A stretch of 63,887 nucleotides of DNA, the filler included, from Octopus bimaculoides (Eukaryota), in the NCBI RefSeq assembly GCF_001194135.2. It is 6 parts of 6 records of this genome, joined end to end, with 100 filler letters (N's around TTAATTAATTAA, not from the genome) between each part and the next. Parts side by side here need not be neighbours in the genome. Positions count along the whole stretch, not along the records: positions 22,040 to 50,841 come from NC_068989.1; positions 50,942 to 55,190 come from NC_068996.1; positions 55,291 to 59,683 come from NC_068986.1; positions 59,784 to 63,887 come from NC_068981.1; 2 more parts are not named here. The stretch is one strand, 5' to 3'. The notes beneath the pieces were generated by a model that was not told the DNA's origin, made no database searches, and was given only the letters and a program-made list of their open reading frames with translations. Positions 49,270-63,100 of the stretch are shown here, in pieces (within the stretch, counting starts at the first letter, position 1; each line of letters begins with the position of its first letter). A program made the translations under genes and the position numbers.

Positions 49270-49919
49270 ACAGAATGGAGACGTTTGGAATGTTTTCAAT
49301 AATTGGGCAGTCATCATTTGTGAAGAGATCCCAAATTAAACAACATACATGCACATACATACGCATACATACACATATATACACATACATACCTACATGC
49401 ATATATATATATGCATATGAATATATACATGGATATAGAAAGACGAATAACAAGAGAAGAATTATCATTAAAGGCCTGAAACTGAGTATTACTATTCAGT
49501 TGATAAATTATGAAGAATTAAGGCTTCCTGTGTCTGTCCTACGTGTACGTTTTTTTAAGCTAAAGTTGTTTATTTAAAGCATTTTTCATTTATTGAGTAA
49601 ATGAATGCCACGCATTCCGACTTTTGTTAACAGGTTTTTCACATATATTTTGTTTTGCGTCTCTATCCGCTACCTTCTTTTTCTCTCTCGTCCTCAACGT
49701 CTATTTGTAGCATTCTCACTCTCTTCTTTCTCTCTCGTCCTGTTTTCTGATTGGATAAAAAGGGTCGGACTTTGAACCTTAGTAACATTTCTCTAACATT
49801 TTTTTTGGAATAAATGAATCAGTATCTCCCATTCAATGCAAAAAGTATGTCAAATACCAAATTTGAAAATTTTCATTTAAATTTCAAAAATTTCAAAATC
49901 TATGACAGCAAATGATCTT

Positions 49920-50036
49920 CGTCTCTTTCTTTCTTCCTTTCTTTCTTTCCTTCCTTCCTTCTTTCTTCCTTTCTTTCTTTCTTTCATTCCTTCCTTCCTT
50001 TCCTTCCTTCTTTCTTTCTTTGTTTGTTTCTTTATT

Positions 50037-50067
<31 letters not shown>

Positions 50068-50080
50068 CTCTCTCTCTCTC
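49920..50080. repeat. (TTTC/TTCC/TC)n microsatellite
   Basis: Read directly from the sequence. Confidence 0.95.
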
Positions 50081-50487
50081 TCTTTCCCCCTTTGCTTTTT
50101 CGCTTATCTCATGGTAAACATTTCACCCTTCTATGCATTTTTACCACACCCACTTCCACTCTCTAAAAATGTACACCTCTCACGCTGAGTGTGTTTGTTT
50201 GCCAGTGTGTGTCCATACATGGGTTTAAGGAATTTCAATAGGATGACAGAATGACTTTAAAAGTTGTGTAAATGCTAATATATATTAATAGAACACTTAT
50301 CTGTCAGTAAATATGCAGGATCATATTAACATGTTTGTGAATCATATTTCGCTGAAACATACTAACACTTCAGTACACATCTAGGACAGACAAATGCCCG
50401 TGAGATACTCGGTCGATATGCTAGTCTTAGCATTAAAATTTCCCACATCTGACAACTTTACGTCTCTTTTAATACAGTCTAATAACA

Positions 50488-50841
50488 TCTATATGGATGA
50501 AACTGAGAATGTGTGTATGTGTCTGTGTATGTACGTGCGTGTGTGTGCTTGTGTGTGTGTGTGCGTGCGTGCGTGTGTGTGTGTGTGTGTGTATGTGTAC
50601 GCGCGCATCACTGAACCACGGGAAGTACCCAAACGATTTCATTCAAATTTTACACATACACATACCAAAAAAATTTTCAATTTCTTACATAAGTCGAGCC
50701 CGGAGCAATCTCTTATATCTTACACCGGTTCGATATTACGTGTCAAAAGTGAGACAATGAAATCACTGTTACGTGTCAAAAGTGAGACAATAAAATCACT
50801 GTTACGTGTCAAAAGTGAGACAATGAAATCACTGTTACGTA
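50488..50841 (+). mobile_element. Helitron-type element with a 33-bp minisatellite running into a gap
   Basis: A|TCTATATGGATGAAACTGAGAATGTGTG start; TTACGTGTCAAAAGTGAGACAAT(G/A)AAATCACTG units at 50736, 50769 and 50802. Confidence 0.65.
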
Positions 50842-50949
50842 NNNNNNNNNNNNNNNNNNNNNNNNNNNNNNNNNNNNNNNNNNNNTTAATTAATTAANNN
50901 NNNNNNNNNNNNNNNNNNNNNNNNNNNNNNNNNNNNNNNNNCCCCCCAT

Positions 50950-51105
50950 ATCCATCATCATCATCATCATTGTCATTGTCATCACCACCACCACCACCAC
51001 TATATCCATCATCATCATCATCATTGTCATTGCCATCACCACCACCACTACCGCCGCTACCACCACCACTGCGGCCACCACAGCCACCACCACTGCCACC
51101 ACAAC
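50950..51105. repeat. (CAT/CAC)n compound trinucleotide repeat
   Basis: Read directly; a second (CAT)n tract at about 51318-51376. Confidence 0.9.
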
Positions 51106-51346
51106 ACTTCAGTGTAGATATATATCTGTAGATTTTTAGTCAATACTGAATGTATCAGACAGATTTTACACACACTCACCAACGGAGGACAGCACACATA
51201 CCATAAAAATACATACCACTTTCATAAAAAAATACCTTGTATTTATATCTACTTAACAATTATGTAAGAAATGTTTAAGTGAATGTATATACTTGTTTAG
51301 ACAAGAAAATCTTATATCATCATCATCGTCACCATTGTTGTCGTCG

Positions 51347-51377
<31 letters not shown>

Positions 51378-51763
51378 CATTTAATGTCCATTTTCCACGC
51401 TGGCATGGGTTGGATAGTTTGACAGGCAGCTGACCAGAAATTAATGCATTCATATTCAATAAACAAAGTCAATTGTTTTTTTAATTTTTTAGATTTGATC
51501 CCCTCTGGTCCATAAACAGCCATTAATGACAGGGATGATGTTTCAACAATAATTGTTATAGCTACAGTGAAGCTTCATCATAAACAATTTTTAACCCCCA
51601 AAAAAAACAAAAAAACAAAAAAAAAAAAAACAGAAAACTACTGCCAGAATTTATCTTTCAGTAATGTACACAGCAGCAAATATTGTTGTATTTCATAGGT
51701 TGTTCTATGTTGAAATAATGCTTTTGGTGTGATCTATTTCAAATCACCAGAAATTGTTTGTTA

Positions 51764-52163
51764 GGAGTAGCTGTGTGGTAAGTAGCTTGCTTTACCAACC
51801 ACATGATTCCGGGTTCAGGCCCACTGCGTGGCACCTTAGGCAAGTGTCTTCTACTGTGGCCTCAGGCCGACCAAAGCCTTGTGAGTGGATTTGGTAGATG
51901 GAAGCTGAAAGAAGCCCGTCGTATATATGTATATATATATATATGTGTGAGTGTCTGTGTTTGTCCCCCCAACATTGCTTGACAACCGATGCTGGTGTGT
52001 TTACGTCCCCGTAATAGAACCCGTAAACTTTGGGAAAAGTGACCGATAGAATAAGTACTAGGCTTACAAAGAATGAGTACTGAGCTCAATTTGCTCGACT
52101 AAAGGCGGTGCTCCAACATGGCCACAGTCAAATGACTGAAACAAGTAAAAGAGTAAAAGAGTA
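51764..52163 (+). mobile_element. Full-length CORE-type tRNA SINE
   Basis: GGAGTAGCTGTGTGGTAAG...CCGGGTTCAG...GGCAAGTGTCTTCTAC...GACTGAAACAAGTAAAAGAGTAAAAGAGT. Confidence 0.9.
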
Positions 52164-52577
52164 TAATAAGAATTAATTATTTGCAACAGAAGCAGCATCA
52201 ATACCAAATTGTAATCTTTATATCCAACTTAACAAGGACGCCATGTTAACTGAGAGGCTCTCTTAAGGCCATGGGTGGGGACACCTCCACCTGCGAGCCC
52301 ATTTTATNNNNNNNNNNNNNNNNNNNNNNNNNNNNNNNNNNNNNNNNNNNNNNNNNNNNNNNNNNNNNNNNNNNNNNNNNNNNNNNNNNNNNNNNNNNNN
52401 NNNNNNNNNNNNNNNNNNNNNNNNNNNNNNNNNNNNNNNNNNNNNNNNNNNNNNNNNNNNNNNNNNNNNNNNNNNNNNNNNNNNNNNNNNNNNNNNNNNN
52501 NNNNNNNNNNNNNNNNNNNNNNNNNNNNNNNNNNNNNNNNNNNNNNNNNNNNNNNNNNNNNNNNNNNNNATATATAT

Positions 52578-52717
52578 ATATATATACCAAATTCACTCAC
52601 AAGGCATTGGTCGGCCCGAGGCTATAGTAGAAGACACTTGCCCACAGTGCCATGCAGTGGGACTGAACCCAGAACCATATGGTTGGTAAGCAAGCTACTT
52701 ACCACACAGCCACTCCT
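52578..52717 (-). mobile_element. CORE-type SINE 5' part
   Basis: Reverse complement of the head at 51764. Confidence 0.85.
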
Positions 52718-53025
52718 GCACCTATGTACAAAATATAGTAAGTTTTTCAATCAAAATTTATACAATATTTCTATACCTATTTGTGACATAGGTCATGTTT
52801 TTACTATAATTTAAAATGGTCAGAAATTGTCCGGTAATTGCCATTTGGATGGAAATTTTGTTTTCACTACAAAACACATATTACTAGGTCAATACTACCC
52901 CCTCGAGACCCAACTACACTTTAGATGAAAAAAATAGAATGCCCCATAAGTAATATAAACATCCTAAATTCAGTGGCGGTGTTAGTGAAGACATTATGTG
53001 TTAATTTAATGTGTTAAATTTATCT

Positions 53026-53248
53026 TTACTTTTTACTCTCTTTTACTCTTTTACTTGTTTCAGTCATTTGACTGTGGCCATGCTGGAGCACCGCCGTTTT
53101 AGTCAAGCAAATCAACTCCAGAGCTTATTCTTTGTAAGCCCAGTACTTATTCTATCAGTCTCTTTTGCCGAACCACTAAATTACGGAGACGTAAACACAC
53201 CAGCATTGGTTGTCAAGCAATGGTGGGGGGACAAACACAGACACACAA

Positions 53249-53283
<35 letters not shown>

Positions 53284-53470
53284 NNNNNNNNNNNNNNATA
53301 TATACATATATATGATGGGCTTCTTTCAGTTTCCATCTTCCAAATCCTCTCACAAGGCTTTGGTAGACCTGAGGCTATAGTAGAAGACACTTGGCCAAGG
53401 TGCCACGCAATGGGACTGAACCCGGAACCATGCAGTTCGTAAGCAAACTACTTACCACACAGCCACTCCT
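53026..53470 (-). mobile_element. Full-length CORE-type SINE
   Basis: Reverse complement of the 51764-52163 family. Confidence 0.9.
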
Positions 53471-53949
53471 ATGTCGAATTATACATAAATATATACAAGA
53501 TTTACAGATATAAGAGGTAGAACCTGTAATCTTTCTGTGGACCTTTTTGCTTAGGAAATTTTTTCCTGCCGCACTAAAAAGTTTCTCCACCCCTGGTTTA
53601 TAGTGAAACAATGCAGTATTCAAATGTTTTAACAATGCATCTATGTCATTGTGTATATAAAATTTACCTTTTGGTCTTGATACCACTCCTGTCGCAAATA
53701 ATTATATTTTAATAAACATGGTGGCTATTTGTAACATTAGTGTTTGAAAAGATGCTGAAATTCCATATATTGTAAAATTGGCATGTTGGCAGAATCATTA
53801 CTGTATTAGACAAAAGATGCCTAGTAGTGGCATCTCTTCTGGTTTTATAGATGTTTTTCATCTAGTTTGGATTCTTTACCATCAAATTTGAATTCTTTGC
53901 AATCAAATTTGATGGCAAAGAATCCAAACTAGATCAGAAACATCTAAAT

Positions 53950-54510
53950 GTTCAGAGCACAAATACCATCAAGGTTGACTTTGCCTTTCATCCTTTTGGG
54001 GTCAATAAAATAAGTACCAGTTATGTACTGGGGAGGGTCGATGTAATCGACTACTAGCCCCCACTCCCCAAAATGGCAAATCTTGTGCTTAAAGAAGATA
54101 GGATTATTATTATCATTATTATTTTATTGTCTTTACACAGCTTCTAACGTTGGAGATGTACTACGGTGTCAGCCGTTCACTACCAGTGAACTAAGGTAAC
54201 ACCCCTTATTTTTCAAGCATTATTATTATTATTATTATCATTATTATTATTATTATTATCATTATTATTATTATTATTATTATCATTATTATTATTATTA
54301 TTATTATTAAGGTGACAAGCTGCCAGAATCATTAGCACACTGCTTAGTAGCATTCCATGTCTTTATGGTTTGAGTTCAAATTCCATCAAGGTTGACTTTG
54401 CCTTTCATCCTTCTGAGGTCGATAAAATAAGTACCAGTTGCATACTGAGATCAATGTAATCAACTTACCTTAACCATGAAGTTGCTGGCCTAGTGTCAGA
54501 ATTTGAAACT
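53950..54510 (+). mobile_element. Two SINE copies (GGTGACAAGCTG family) separated by (TTA/TCA)n
   Basis: GTTGACTTTGCCTTTCATCCTT...AAAATAAGTACCAG at about 53975 and 54390; microsatellite 54222-54309. Confidence 0.8.
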
Positions 54511-54804
54511 GATATTATATATATTGTAGCAATGAGATTTGACTGGCATGTGGTGATTGGTGGTTCCTATTGAAGAAATCCAATAGAACAAAATCATGTG
54601 ATATGTGAATTCCGACACCCATGACAGGACAGTTTTGTTTACTATGATCTATGTGTGTGCTTTTATGCACCAAATGCCTATATGACAGAGTCTTTCAAGG
54701 CTAATAACACAGTATTTCGTGTTCTAACACAACATCCATATCAAGTTGGTTATAATGTTTACTTTTTGGTGGTAATACTGCTTCCATTGCTAATAGTTAA
54801 TTTT

Positions 54805-55078
54805 AATGCTAGCATGGGTTGGACGATTTGACTGAGGACTGGCGAACCAGATGGCTACACCAGACTCCAATCTGATTTGACACAGTTTCTACAGCTGGAT
54901 GCCCTTCCTAACGCCAACCACTCCGAGAGTGTAGTGGGTGCTTTTACGTGCCACTGGCACGAAGGCTAGTCAGGCGGTACTGGCAATGGCCATGTTCAAA
55001 ATGGTGTATTTTACGTGCCACCTGCACAGAAGCCAGTCCAGTGGCACTGGCAACGACCTCGCTTGAATGTCTTTTCAC
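54805..55078. mobile_element. Repeat with RTE-type 3'-end motif (short copy 51375-51440)
   Basis: GCATGGGTTGGA...GCTGGATGCCCTTCCTAACGCCAACC. Confidence 0.65.
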
Positions 55079-55784
55079 GTACCATATATATATATATCTC
55101 TCCTTCCTTTCCCGAGCGTCCAATAACACTATCTGTATCACGTCCTCACTTTGTTGTTTTTTTGTTATTGTTTTTTGTGTTTTTTTTAACNNNNNNNNNN
55201 NNNNNNNNNNNNNNNNNNNNNNNNNNNNNNNNNNTTAATTAATTAANNNNNNNNNNNNNNNNNNNNNNNNNNNNNNNNNNNNNNNNNNNNATATATATAT
55301 ATATGCACAAAAACGCATCCCCGCACACCGAAACATTCACAGACGCATTCGCTTATATGCATATATACGCACAATACATATTATGAATGTTTCTTTCCAA
55401 AACACGTTGATATTTAATTAAATTATATAACATTCTCTAAGTGCTATTTCTATCATGATAAAGAATGTGTTATCACAACTTCCATATATCCTATGTATGT
55501 TTTTATATCCGGGTATATCTATACGCATCTCTGGTTGCGCGCGCGTGTCTTTTTAAATCTGTTTTCGATGTGATTTTCCATATTCATACACGTAACACAC
55601 ATGCACACACACACAAACACATACACACATACGCACGCGCGCATAGGAGCACAGATATATTAAGTCATGTGATTATATATTTACATCAACATGCACATCG
55701 TGTTTCTGCGCACACGCGCTCGGCTGTGCTTATACATACATGTTTGTATATAGAAATACATATATATCTACGCGTATGTACATG

Positions 55785-55826
<42 letters not shown>

Positions 55827-56769
55827 CAGAGATGCTCATATACTGGTGCATACATATCAACCTATATAAATGATCAGTTACTGATATATGTGTGTGCATA
55901 TCTCTGTTTATTAATATTCGCATATGTATAAAATAATATATAAATGGAGAGCCATACGTATGTATATATATATTTATTTATGTGTGTACGTGCGTATTAG
56001 AGCGCTTGTTTGTGCATATAACTATATTATGTTAAAGAAATCTCAATAGCAATATGCAGTATCTGATATACGTATTAAAGAAATCTATCTGTCAGTACTT
56101 ACAGCTATTACATTAATATTCAGTGTCTTCACTGTGGCGATTGAGATCTGCGTATTATTGGGGTATTTTTTTCTGAGACCTTACTTATATACTGCTCTAC
56201 TTTCAACGGTATCTGGGCAAATTGTGATTTTGATTGTTTCTCTAGTATGGTTAATAGCGCATTCAAATTTGAGCAATTAGTTTGAGACACTTATTTTCAC
56301 GTTCTCATGTCATAACAGCCTACATGGTTTGTAAGAAATTAATTCTTTGGACCTTTAGTAATCACGGACCAGAAAATAAGACAAATATTTGGAGGAAACT
56401 TGAGGTGGTGGGAACTAGCATTGGCATACAGGCTCCCGAACTGTATGTGTAGTCTAGGTTAAGGACCTGGTACTGCTATATCCAGCCAAGGACCTGAGAG
56501 GTCTACATTGAGTAGGGATGGGTGAGTGATATCAAGAAGTATCTCTAGCATTTTCTGTCCCATATCCCAGATGAACTTACATCACAGAAAGAATCTCAAA
56601 AGAAGATATCAATAACCAACGTCCTCCAACACCAAAAGCCCACCGCTTTAGAATGCCCCCTGTAAATGTACTGATAGAGGCGGTATTCCACCATGGTCAG
56701 ATAATCTGTGCTAAAAGGCATAAATAAAATAAAATAGTCTTGTTTACTTATTATTAAAGCCGGTTTCCG

Positions 56770-57745
56770 AATATACTCAGCAGCAGCAAAGTCCACCGGC
56801 CTCACTTCTCGGTCCATCATCACTGATTTGAGTTCTTGTATAATTCCAGGCCAGTGTCTGCAATCAGGATTTTGATGGAATCGTGATGACGTTTTCTTCT
56901 TCTTAAATCACCATGAAGTGGGTTCCATAAGACTAATGTAGATGCTATCAGTTCATGGTGGCCCTCGAAGTAACCTGAGAGTCGCAGCCGTCTTTGCTTG
57001 ATCTTCTCTCTAATTTTCGGCGTGTTTCTATAAAGGCATTAATTTCTCATATGTTGCTGTCACTTCACACTTTAGAGACATTCGTAGCCTCCTTGTGTAG
57101 CACCCATTTAGCCCGTTTCATTAAGTCAAGTTAGCAGATGCAAATTTAACGCACAGGTGAAAATGGAAATTGATCAATGAGATAAGTTGAAGTAAAGCAG
57201 CTGAGTCGGGCATCACCCACCCGTGGAAACATCATGGATGAACTTATGCAAAAGTGGTATCAATACGTAATGTTAATTAATCGGAAATTCTTCCCTTGTA
57301 AGGTATGCAAATGAAAAAAAATTCAACCTGTTTTCATAAGTTTCACATCTAAAACCGAACCCTTTGATTTTGGAAGAAATTCAGAATGCTGAGAATAGAC
57401 GGAAGGTAAGGAAATATCCTAACCCTGATGGAATTCTGCATAATCTTAACAAGAGATGCAATCTTGATTAAATAATACTGAATTTTGCCAATAAGCTCTT
57501 GCAGAACCAGGAAACTCCAAATCAGAGATTAATTTGATACCAATCCCAAAATAAAGAAACCTCAATAACTACCTAGAAATTTCACTGTCCAACATCCCAC
57601 ACATCAACCGTATGATCATCAATAGGATTCAACCGGTTCTTGATAGCCATCTAAAAACAAATCAAAATGGATTTAGACCAGAGCGATCCACATTTCAGAT
57701 ATTAGCACTTAGGCGTATCATAGAAGGAGTAAAAATCAAGGTAGC
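56770..57745. mobile_element. RTE-X-like LINE fragments in divergent orientation
   Basis: Minus 57150-56770: LNGCYTRRLRMSL...QQHMRN...KIKQRRLRLSG...LVLWNP...MMDREV. Plus 57330-57745: LEEIQNA...PDGI...LIPIPK...NRIQPVLD...NQNGFRP.RST..ILALRRIIEGVK. Confidence 0.75.
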
Positions 57746-59534
57746 TACATGCCGTTAAAACCTTCGTAGTCATGTTTTCTGGCCATATTCCTTCAAAATG
57801 TATGTCATTATTTACTCAAATAAATATCGTAATAAAAATATTTACGACTTCTAGTTGTGGATATGTACGTACGTACATGTTCATGCGTTCATACAACTAT
57901 GCATGTGTGAGTTGTTATGATTTATTGTGTCTATGGAAATACATTTGTCTATAATGTCCCTCTATTCCTTCGCTTAATCAACTGGATAATATTATCAGAT
58001 GTTTACACAAATTGTTTGTCACGTAATTAATAAGGAAATATACTTTTATGGAGCTTATATTAGCTTGTATTATCCTAAATATTCTATCACAGCTGGCCAA
58101 AATTTAAAAATAATTCCATAATAGACGTTTTACAATCTGGATTGAGCTCTGACTATTATTATTATTGTCTAACTTATTCCACAGATATTTTTTGTGTGTG
58201 TGTGCGTACGTGCTTTTTGTATGTGTTTGTGTGTATGTTGGTGTGGGGGGGGGGGCGTGAGTGTGATATCATTTTCAATGCTCAGCAGTATTATACTGAG
58301 AGGCTTCATGCAGCGCCATATACTTATGCATAGAACACTATTTAGGTTTATGTCGCTAAGCTTCTTTCATTCTAGACAATTTTCACACATCTAGAAAGTA
58401 TGTTCTTTGTTATTATTACTAAGTCTTCTCAACAATGATATTTTTTTAGTCTCATTATAAAGACATCATTTGTTTCTCTATATCTTTTTTCTTCTCTTTT
58501 AATTCCTTCAATTCGCTTTCGTAAATCGTTTATTTTACTTATATCTTAATCAGATTCTTCCTCAGCTGTAGAAACCTGAAAAGAAAATGCGCTTTCCGTG
58601 TGGATTTAATCATAAGTTTTAGAGTATCTCACTCGATAATGCAATGGCTTTGGTCAATACCTTAAACATTTATTTCTATATTATTTCATAGCAAGAAAAA
58701 GAACATCGGGAAAAATAGCACAGCTATCTAAGAAAGGCATTCGTTTTTTGTAAGCGCACAAGCATCTTCTATGTAAGTGAAAATTTTCTTCAGCATACGG
58801 GTCCCGACTCTACTGGTCTTCAAATCACTTAAAATTGTTAATTCGATACGGTATAGAGCGTAGTGGTACATATAATGTGTTTTGCAATGCATATCTCACG
58901 CGTCATAGAGAGTACTTCATATCCGTCTCTTTCTCGTAAAATATGGGTGTACGTAAATCATTCAGAATAAAATAACGCTTTGTAGCAGCTAACTGTAGTA
59001 TATATTCTGATGTCTGCTCTAATTTCTAGTTGATTTGTTACCTGTTCCGACGCACGATGCATTTAATATTTTAAGAAAGACCGAATAAAAGTTATCAAAC
59101 AGCAAATTGAAATCATGTAATTTGTAGCATGTTGATCTAATCATTGTGAACCATTCTGTTATAAAGTGAAACGTTATATTTGTACTGATTTCAAGTGCAG
59201 CCAAGGAGCTAGCATGAACATAATGTGTTGGGAGTAAACTAGGCTTCGGCAAAAGTTGAAATAGATCTCAACAATATGCAGCAGTATGCTGATTTAAACG
59301 TACTGCATGTATGTGTAAATCTCTTATGCAGCTTAGTTCAAAGTTGTCCATTAGAATCAGGAAACCAATACGAGATACTTTGTATTAGTAACGATAAATC
59401 CTAAACTGTACGTTGATATGCAGTTTACTATTCGCTAACTGTCAATATCTTACCGCTATAACGACCACTAACGCCAATACTGCTATGAAGACAAACACAC
59501 TCACATACATATGTATATGTGTATATGCACATGC

Positions 59535-59566
<32 letters not shown>

Positions 59567-59626
59567 ATTCATATATATATATATATATATATCGATACAT
59601 ATACATACATATACATACATATATAT

Positions 59627-59683
<57 letters not shown>

Positions 59684-60090
59684 NNNNNNNNNNNNNNNNN
59701 NNNNNNNNNNNNNNNNNNNNNNNNNNNTTAATTAATTAANNNNNNNNNNNNNNNNNNNNNNNNNNNNNNNNNNNNNNNNNNNNATATATATAGTAACAGT
59801 ACTAATAAAATAAAAGATGGAGTGTGCAATAGAAAATAAAGTCTATTACACATTCCATCTCCTATTTTATTAATACTGTTACCCCAGCCTACAATGTCCC
59901 TGCAATAAATCTAAGGTTAACAACAGGGAATCGAAACTGTGCCGCTGCTCTACTCATCAGCTATTTATACATTTTGCATAATTTTTCCATGATATATATA
60001 TCTCTCTTTCCTTTCCTGAGCGTCCAATAACACTATCCATATCACGTCCTCACTTTGTTGTTTTTTGTTTTTTGTTATTGTATTTTTGAA

Positions 60091-60160
<70 letters not shown>

Positions 60161-60384
60161 TATATATATCACAGATAGATACAAGACAACATATGAGTTT
60201 CAAATCTGGCAATCTGTCAAATTTTATCTTCTGCCTCTACAGGGCCGTTTCGGTTTACACGGCAATAATGGGAGATAATCTTACAAAGGGACGATTAAAT
60301 CTGAAACAAACTAAGTAAATTTTTCCCATACTTCATCTGTTGCAATAAGGAGATGTATTATTTTTTTATTATATGATGTAGACT

Positions 60385-60870
60385 TAGTCCATCGCCAGTT
60401 TAACGTGGCCTCCCAGTACTTTGGGCACCATTAGAAGTGTACACTGGGGTGGTAAACTTAATTTGCTTTGCTGCTTAAGCCCAACACCCGGCTGCTGCGT
60501 ACCTTAAGCTGTGTTCGTTAGGATGCTAGACGTTGTCCGCCACCCAGTGTAATATCATCAACTGACCCTTCGGTACTGTAATTGAAGCCCAACAGGGTAA
60601 CAGACACAACACTCTGTGCAACACCCGGCCTTTGGGTGTCTTTAGTGGAGTACAATAGGGTGGTAAGCTCAACCTGCATTCCAGTTTAATAGTAGAATGT
60701 AAATTGAGGAAGGGTTGGCTGCTACTTCTGGTAGGACAGATTCTCTTTTTGTCATTAGGTCGTTGTGAGTAGACGAGGTGATCCCGTGCAATATTTCGTC
60801 GCTTTTTGCAATATCCAAAGTGTTTTTGAAATCAACAAAACTAACCAGAAAATGTTCTGAGTAGAAGCCT
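60385..60870 (-). mobile_element. Highly decayed RTE-like RT remnant
   Basis: LVSFVDFKNTLD; GVAQ; SLRYAA (decayed LRYADD). Confidence 0.5.
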
Positions 60871-61077
60871 GATTCGGCTTGATCAATATCATGAAACTAC
60901 TGACGGCACAAGTAATCAAGAAATTGTTTTGAAAATTAAATTGGTTTATCTAATTGTCTAAAAAAGAAACAAATATAGTCAAAGATTTGATTTGATATAA
61001 TGCAATAAAATTCAGAATACATGCCATCGCAGTCGTCAAGAGTACCAAGAAAACAGATATTTATTCAATTACAAACC

Positions 61078-61264
61078 TATCGTATTTGGTGGCATACAAG
61101 ACGTACAGGTCTATTAGACTCATTTTAATTTCGGTGGTACGTATTCAGGACAACTGAGCACCAGGCACAAAATTACCCTTCTCGATATAAATTACGGGCT
61201 GATTTTTTGAGACTTAAAAAAAATAATAATAAATAAGTGCGTCTTATATTCCATCGAATACGGT
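61078..61264. mobile_element. pogo/Tc1-type MITE
   Basis: TATCGTATTTGGTGGCATACAAGACGTAC versus the inverse of GTGCGTCTTATATTCCATCGAATACGGT. Confidence 0.55.
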
Positions 61265-61345
61265 GTTTGTTCTTAATACGTTCCGACAGATTCGAACCTG
61301 AATATGCTGTTGTTTTTCGTCATCGCAGAATATCTTCCTTTGGAC

Positions 61346-61611
61346 CAGTGGTTCTCAACCACGGTCCGTATGACCCTAAGGGGTCCAAATAAGATCTTGT
61401 TTTTAAAGCTTATATGTAATAGATTAGCTACATTTCTACAGTCTGTAAGATATTTTAAAACAGTTTTTCTTGTACAACTTCTAATAATATTTAGTTATAA
61501 AAATATAACAGGATTTTTTAAAACATTGAACTGCTATGGGGGATCCAAAAGAGTAAAAATAGGGGTTAGAGAACTCCATGTGCAAAAGAAAAAAAGGGTT
61601 GAGAATCACAG
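61346..61611. mobile_element. hAT (Charlie-like) MITE with 8-bp TSD
   Basis: CTTTGGAC|CAGTGGTTCTCAACC ... GGTTGAGAATCACAG|CTTTAGAT. Confidence 0.85.
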
Positions 61612-61659
61612 CTTTAGATTACGTGTGCTCCTAATACACGATTCACAAACACAGACACA

Positions 61660-62160
61660 CACATAAATATATATATATATATATATAAATATATATACAT
61701 ATGAATATATCTATATAAATATATACATGTATATATACATATATATATATATAGAGACACATAAACATATATATATTGGGAGAATTCACAAATACATATA
61801 TACTTACATTTATATATATATATATATGTATGTATGTATGTATGTATATATATATGTATATACATTTGTGTGTATATATATATGTATATACATACGTGTG
61901 TATATATATATGTGTGTATATATATGTCTGTATATATATATATGTATATACATATATGTATATATATATGTATATATATGTATATATATATATAAGTATA
62001 TATATGTGTGTATATATATATGTATATATGTATATGTATATATATGTATATGTATGTATATATATATGTGTGTGTATATATAAATATATGTATATATATA
62101 TGTGTGTATATATATATATGTATATATATGTGTGTATATGTGTGTGTATATAAATATATG

Positions 62161-62199
<39 letters not shown>

Positions 62200-62206
62200 A
62201 TATAAA

Positions 62207-62249
<43 letters not shown>

Positions 62250-62366
62250 GTATGTGTGTGTGTATTTATGTGTATATATGTATATATGTATATATACACG
62301 TATATATATATATGTATGTATATAAATAGGTATATGTATTTCTATATATGTATATATATGCGTGTG

Positions 62367-62403
<37 letters not shown>
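61660..62403. repeat. Long compound (TA/TG/TATG)n microsatellite (another at 63700-63887)
   Basis: Read directly from the sequence. Confidence 0.95.
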
Positions 62404-62406
<3 letters not shown>

Positions 62407-62700
62407 GGCGCACAAGGCTTAGTGGTTAGGGTATTGCACTCACGATCTAGCGCCCGTGATTTCAATTCCTAGACTAGGTGATGCGTCGTGTTCTTCAGTA
62501 AAAGACTTCGTCTCACTTTACTCTGCTATCCCCCTGACACTTGACGCGTGGCACAACTTGCACCTGTTCAGTCAACGTCGGTTTGATGGAGTGGGGAGGG
62601 GGGCCTAATGTGCAGCACGGACATTTGATCGCTACAAACAAATCATTTGTGCGGGTCGTTCGGCCAAAAAGCTGAAAATTACTGCGGCGTGTTCAACAGA
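62404..62700 (+). mobile_element. tRNA-derived SINE
   Basis: GGCTTAGTGGTTAGGG...GATTTCAATTCC head; TGTTCTTCAGTAAAAGACTT. Confidence 0.7.
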
Positions 62701-62782
62701 AGAGTCCATTAGATACACGTGTGTGTGTGTGTTTGCATTCTATCATAGGCTCATAGGCAGATTATCTGCATTACACAAGCTG

Positions 62783-62886
62783 CAGGAGTGGCTGTGTGGT
62801 AAGCAGCTTGCTTACAAACCACATGGTTCCGGGTTCGTTCTCACTGCGTGGCACCTTGGGCAAGTGTCTTCAGCTATAGCCTCCAG

Positions 62887-62946
<60 letters not shown>

Positions 62947-63100
62947 GTGCGTGTGTGTATTTGTGTCTTTGTGCCCCACCACCGCTTCACAGGAATAACT
63001 ACTTGGGTCGATTCATTCGACTGAACACATTCTTCATGGCGGTGCCCCAGCATGGCCGCAGTCGAATGGCTGAAACAAGTAAAAGGGTAAAATATTAAAG
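62783..63100 (+). mobile_element. CORE-type SINE with internal deletions and (GT)n
   Basis: GGAGTGGCTGTGTGGTAAG...GGCACCTTGGGCAAGTGTCTT...GGCTGAAACAAGTAAAAG. Confidence 0.85.

Noticed and set aside
50736-50841. 33-bp direct repeats as a CRISPR array
   Set aside because: The units are contiguous with no spacers, lie inside a eukaryotic Helitron-type element, and have no cas genes nearby.
52120-52160. SINE tail AGTC-AAAT-GACT-GAAAC-AA-GTA as a hammerhead
   Set aside because: No upstream catalytic core in any copy.
57742-60870. A 3-kb inversion splitting one RTE element
   Set aside because: The 60.4-60.9 kb piece has an LRYADD-type motif and looks like a different, older family than the RTE-X pieces.
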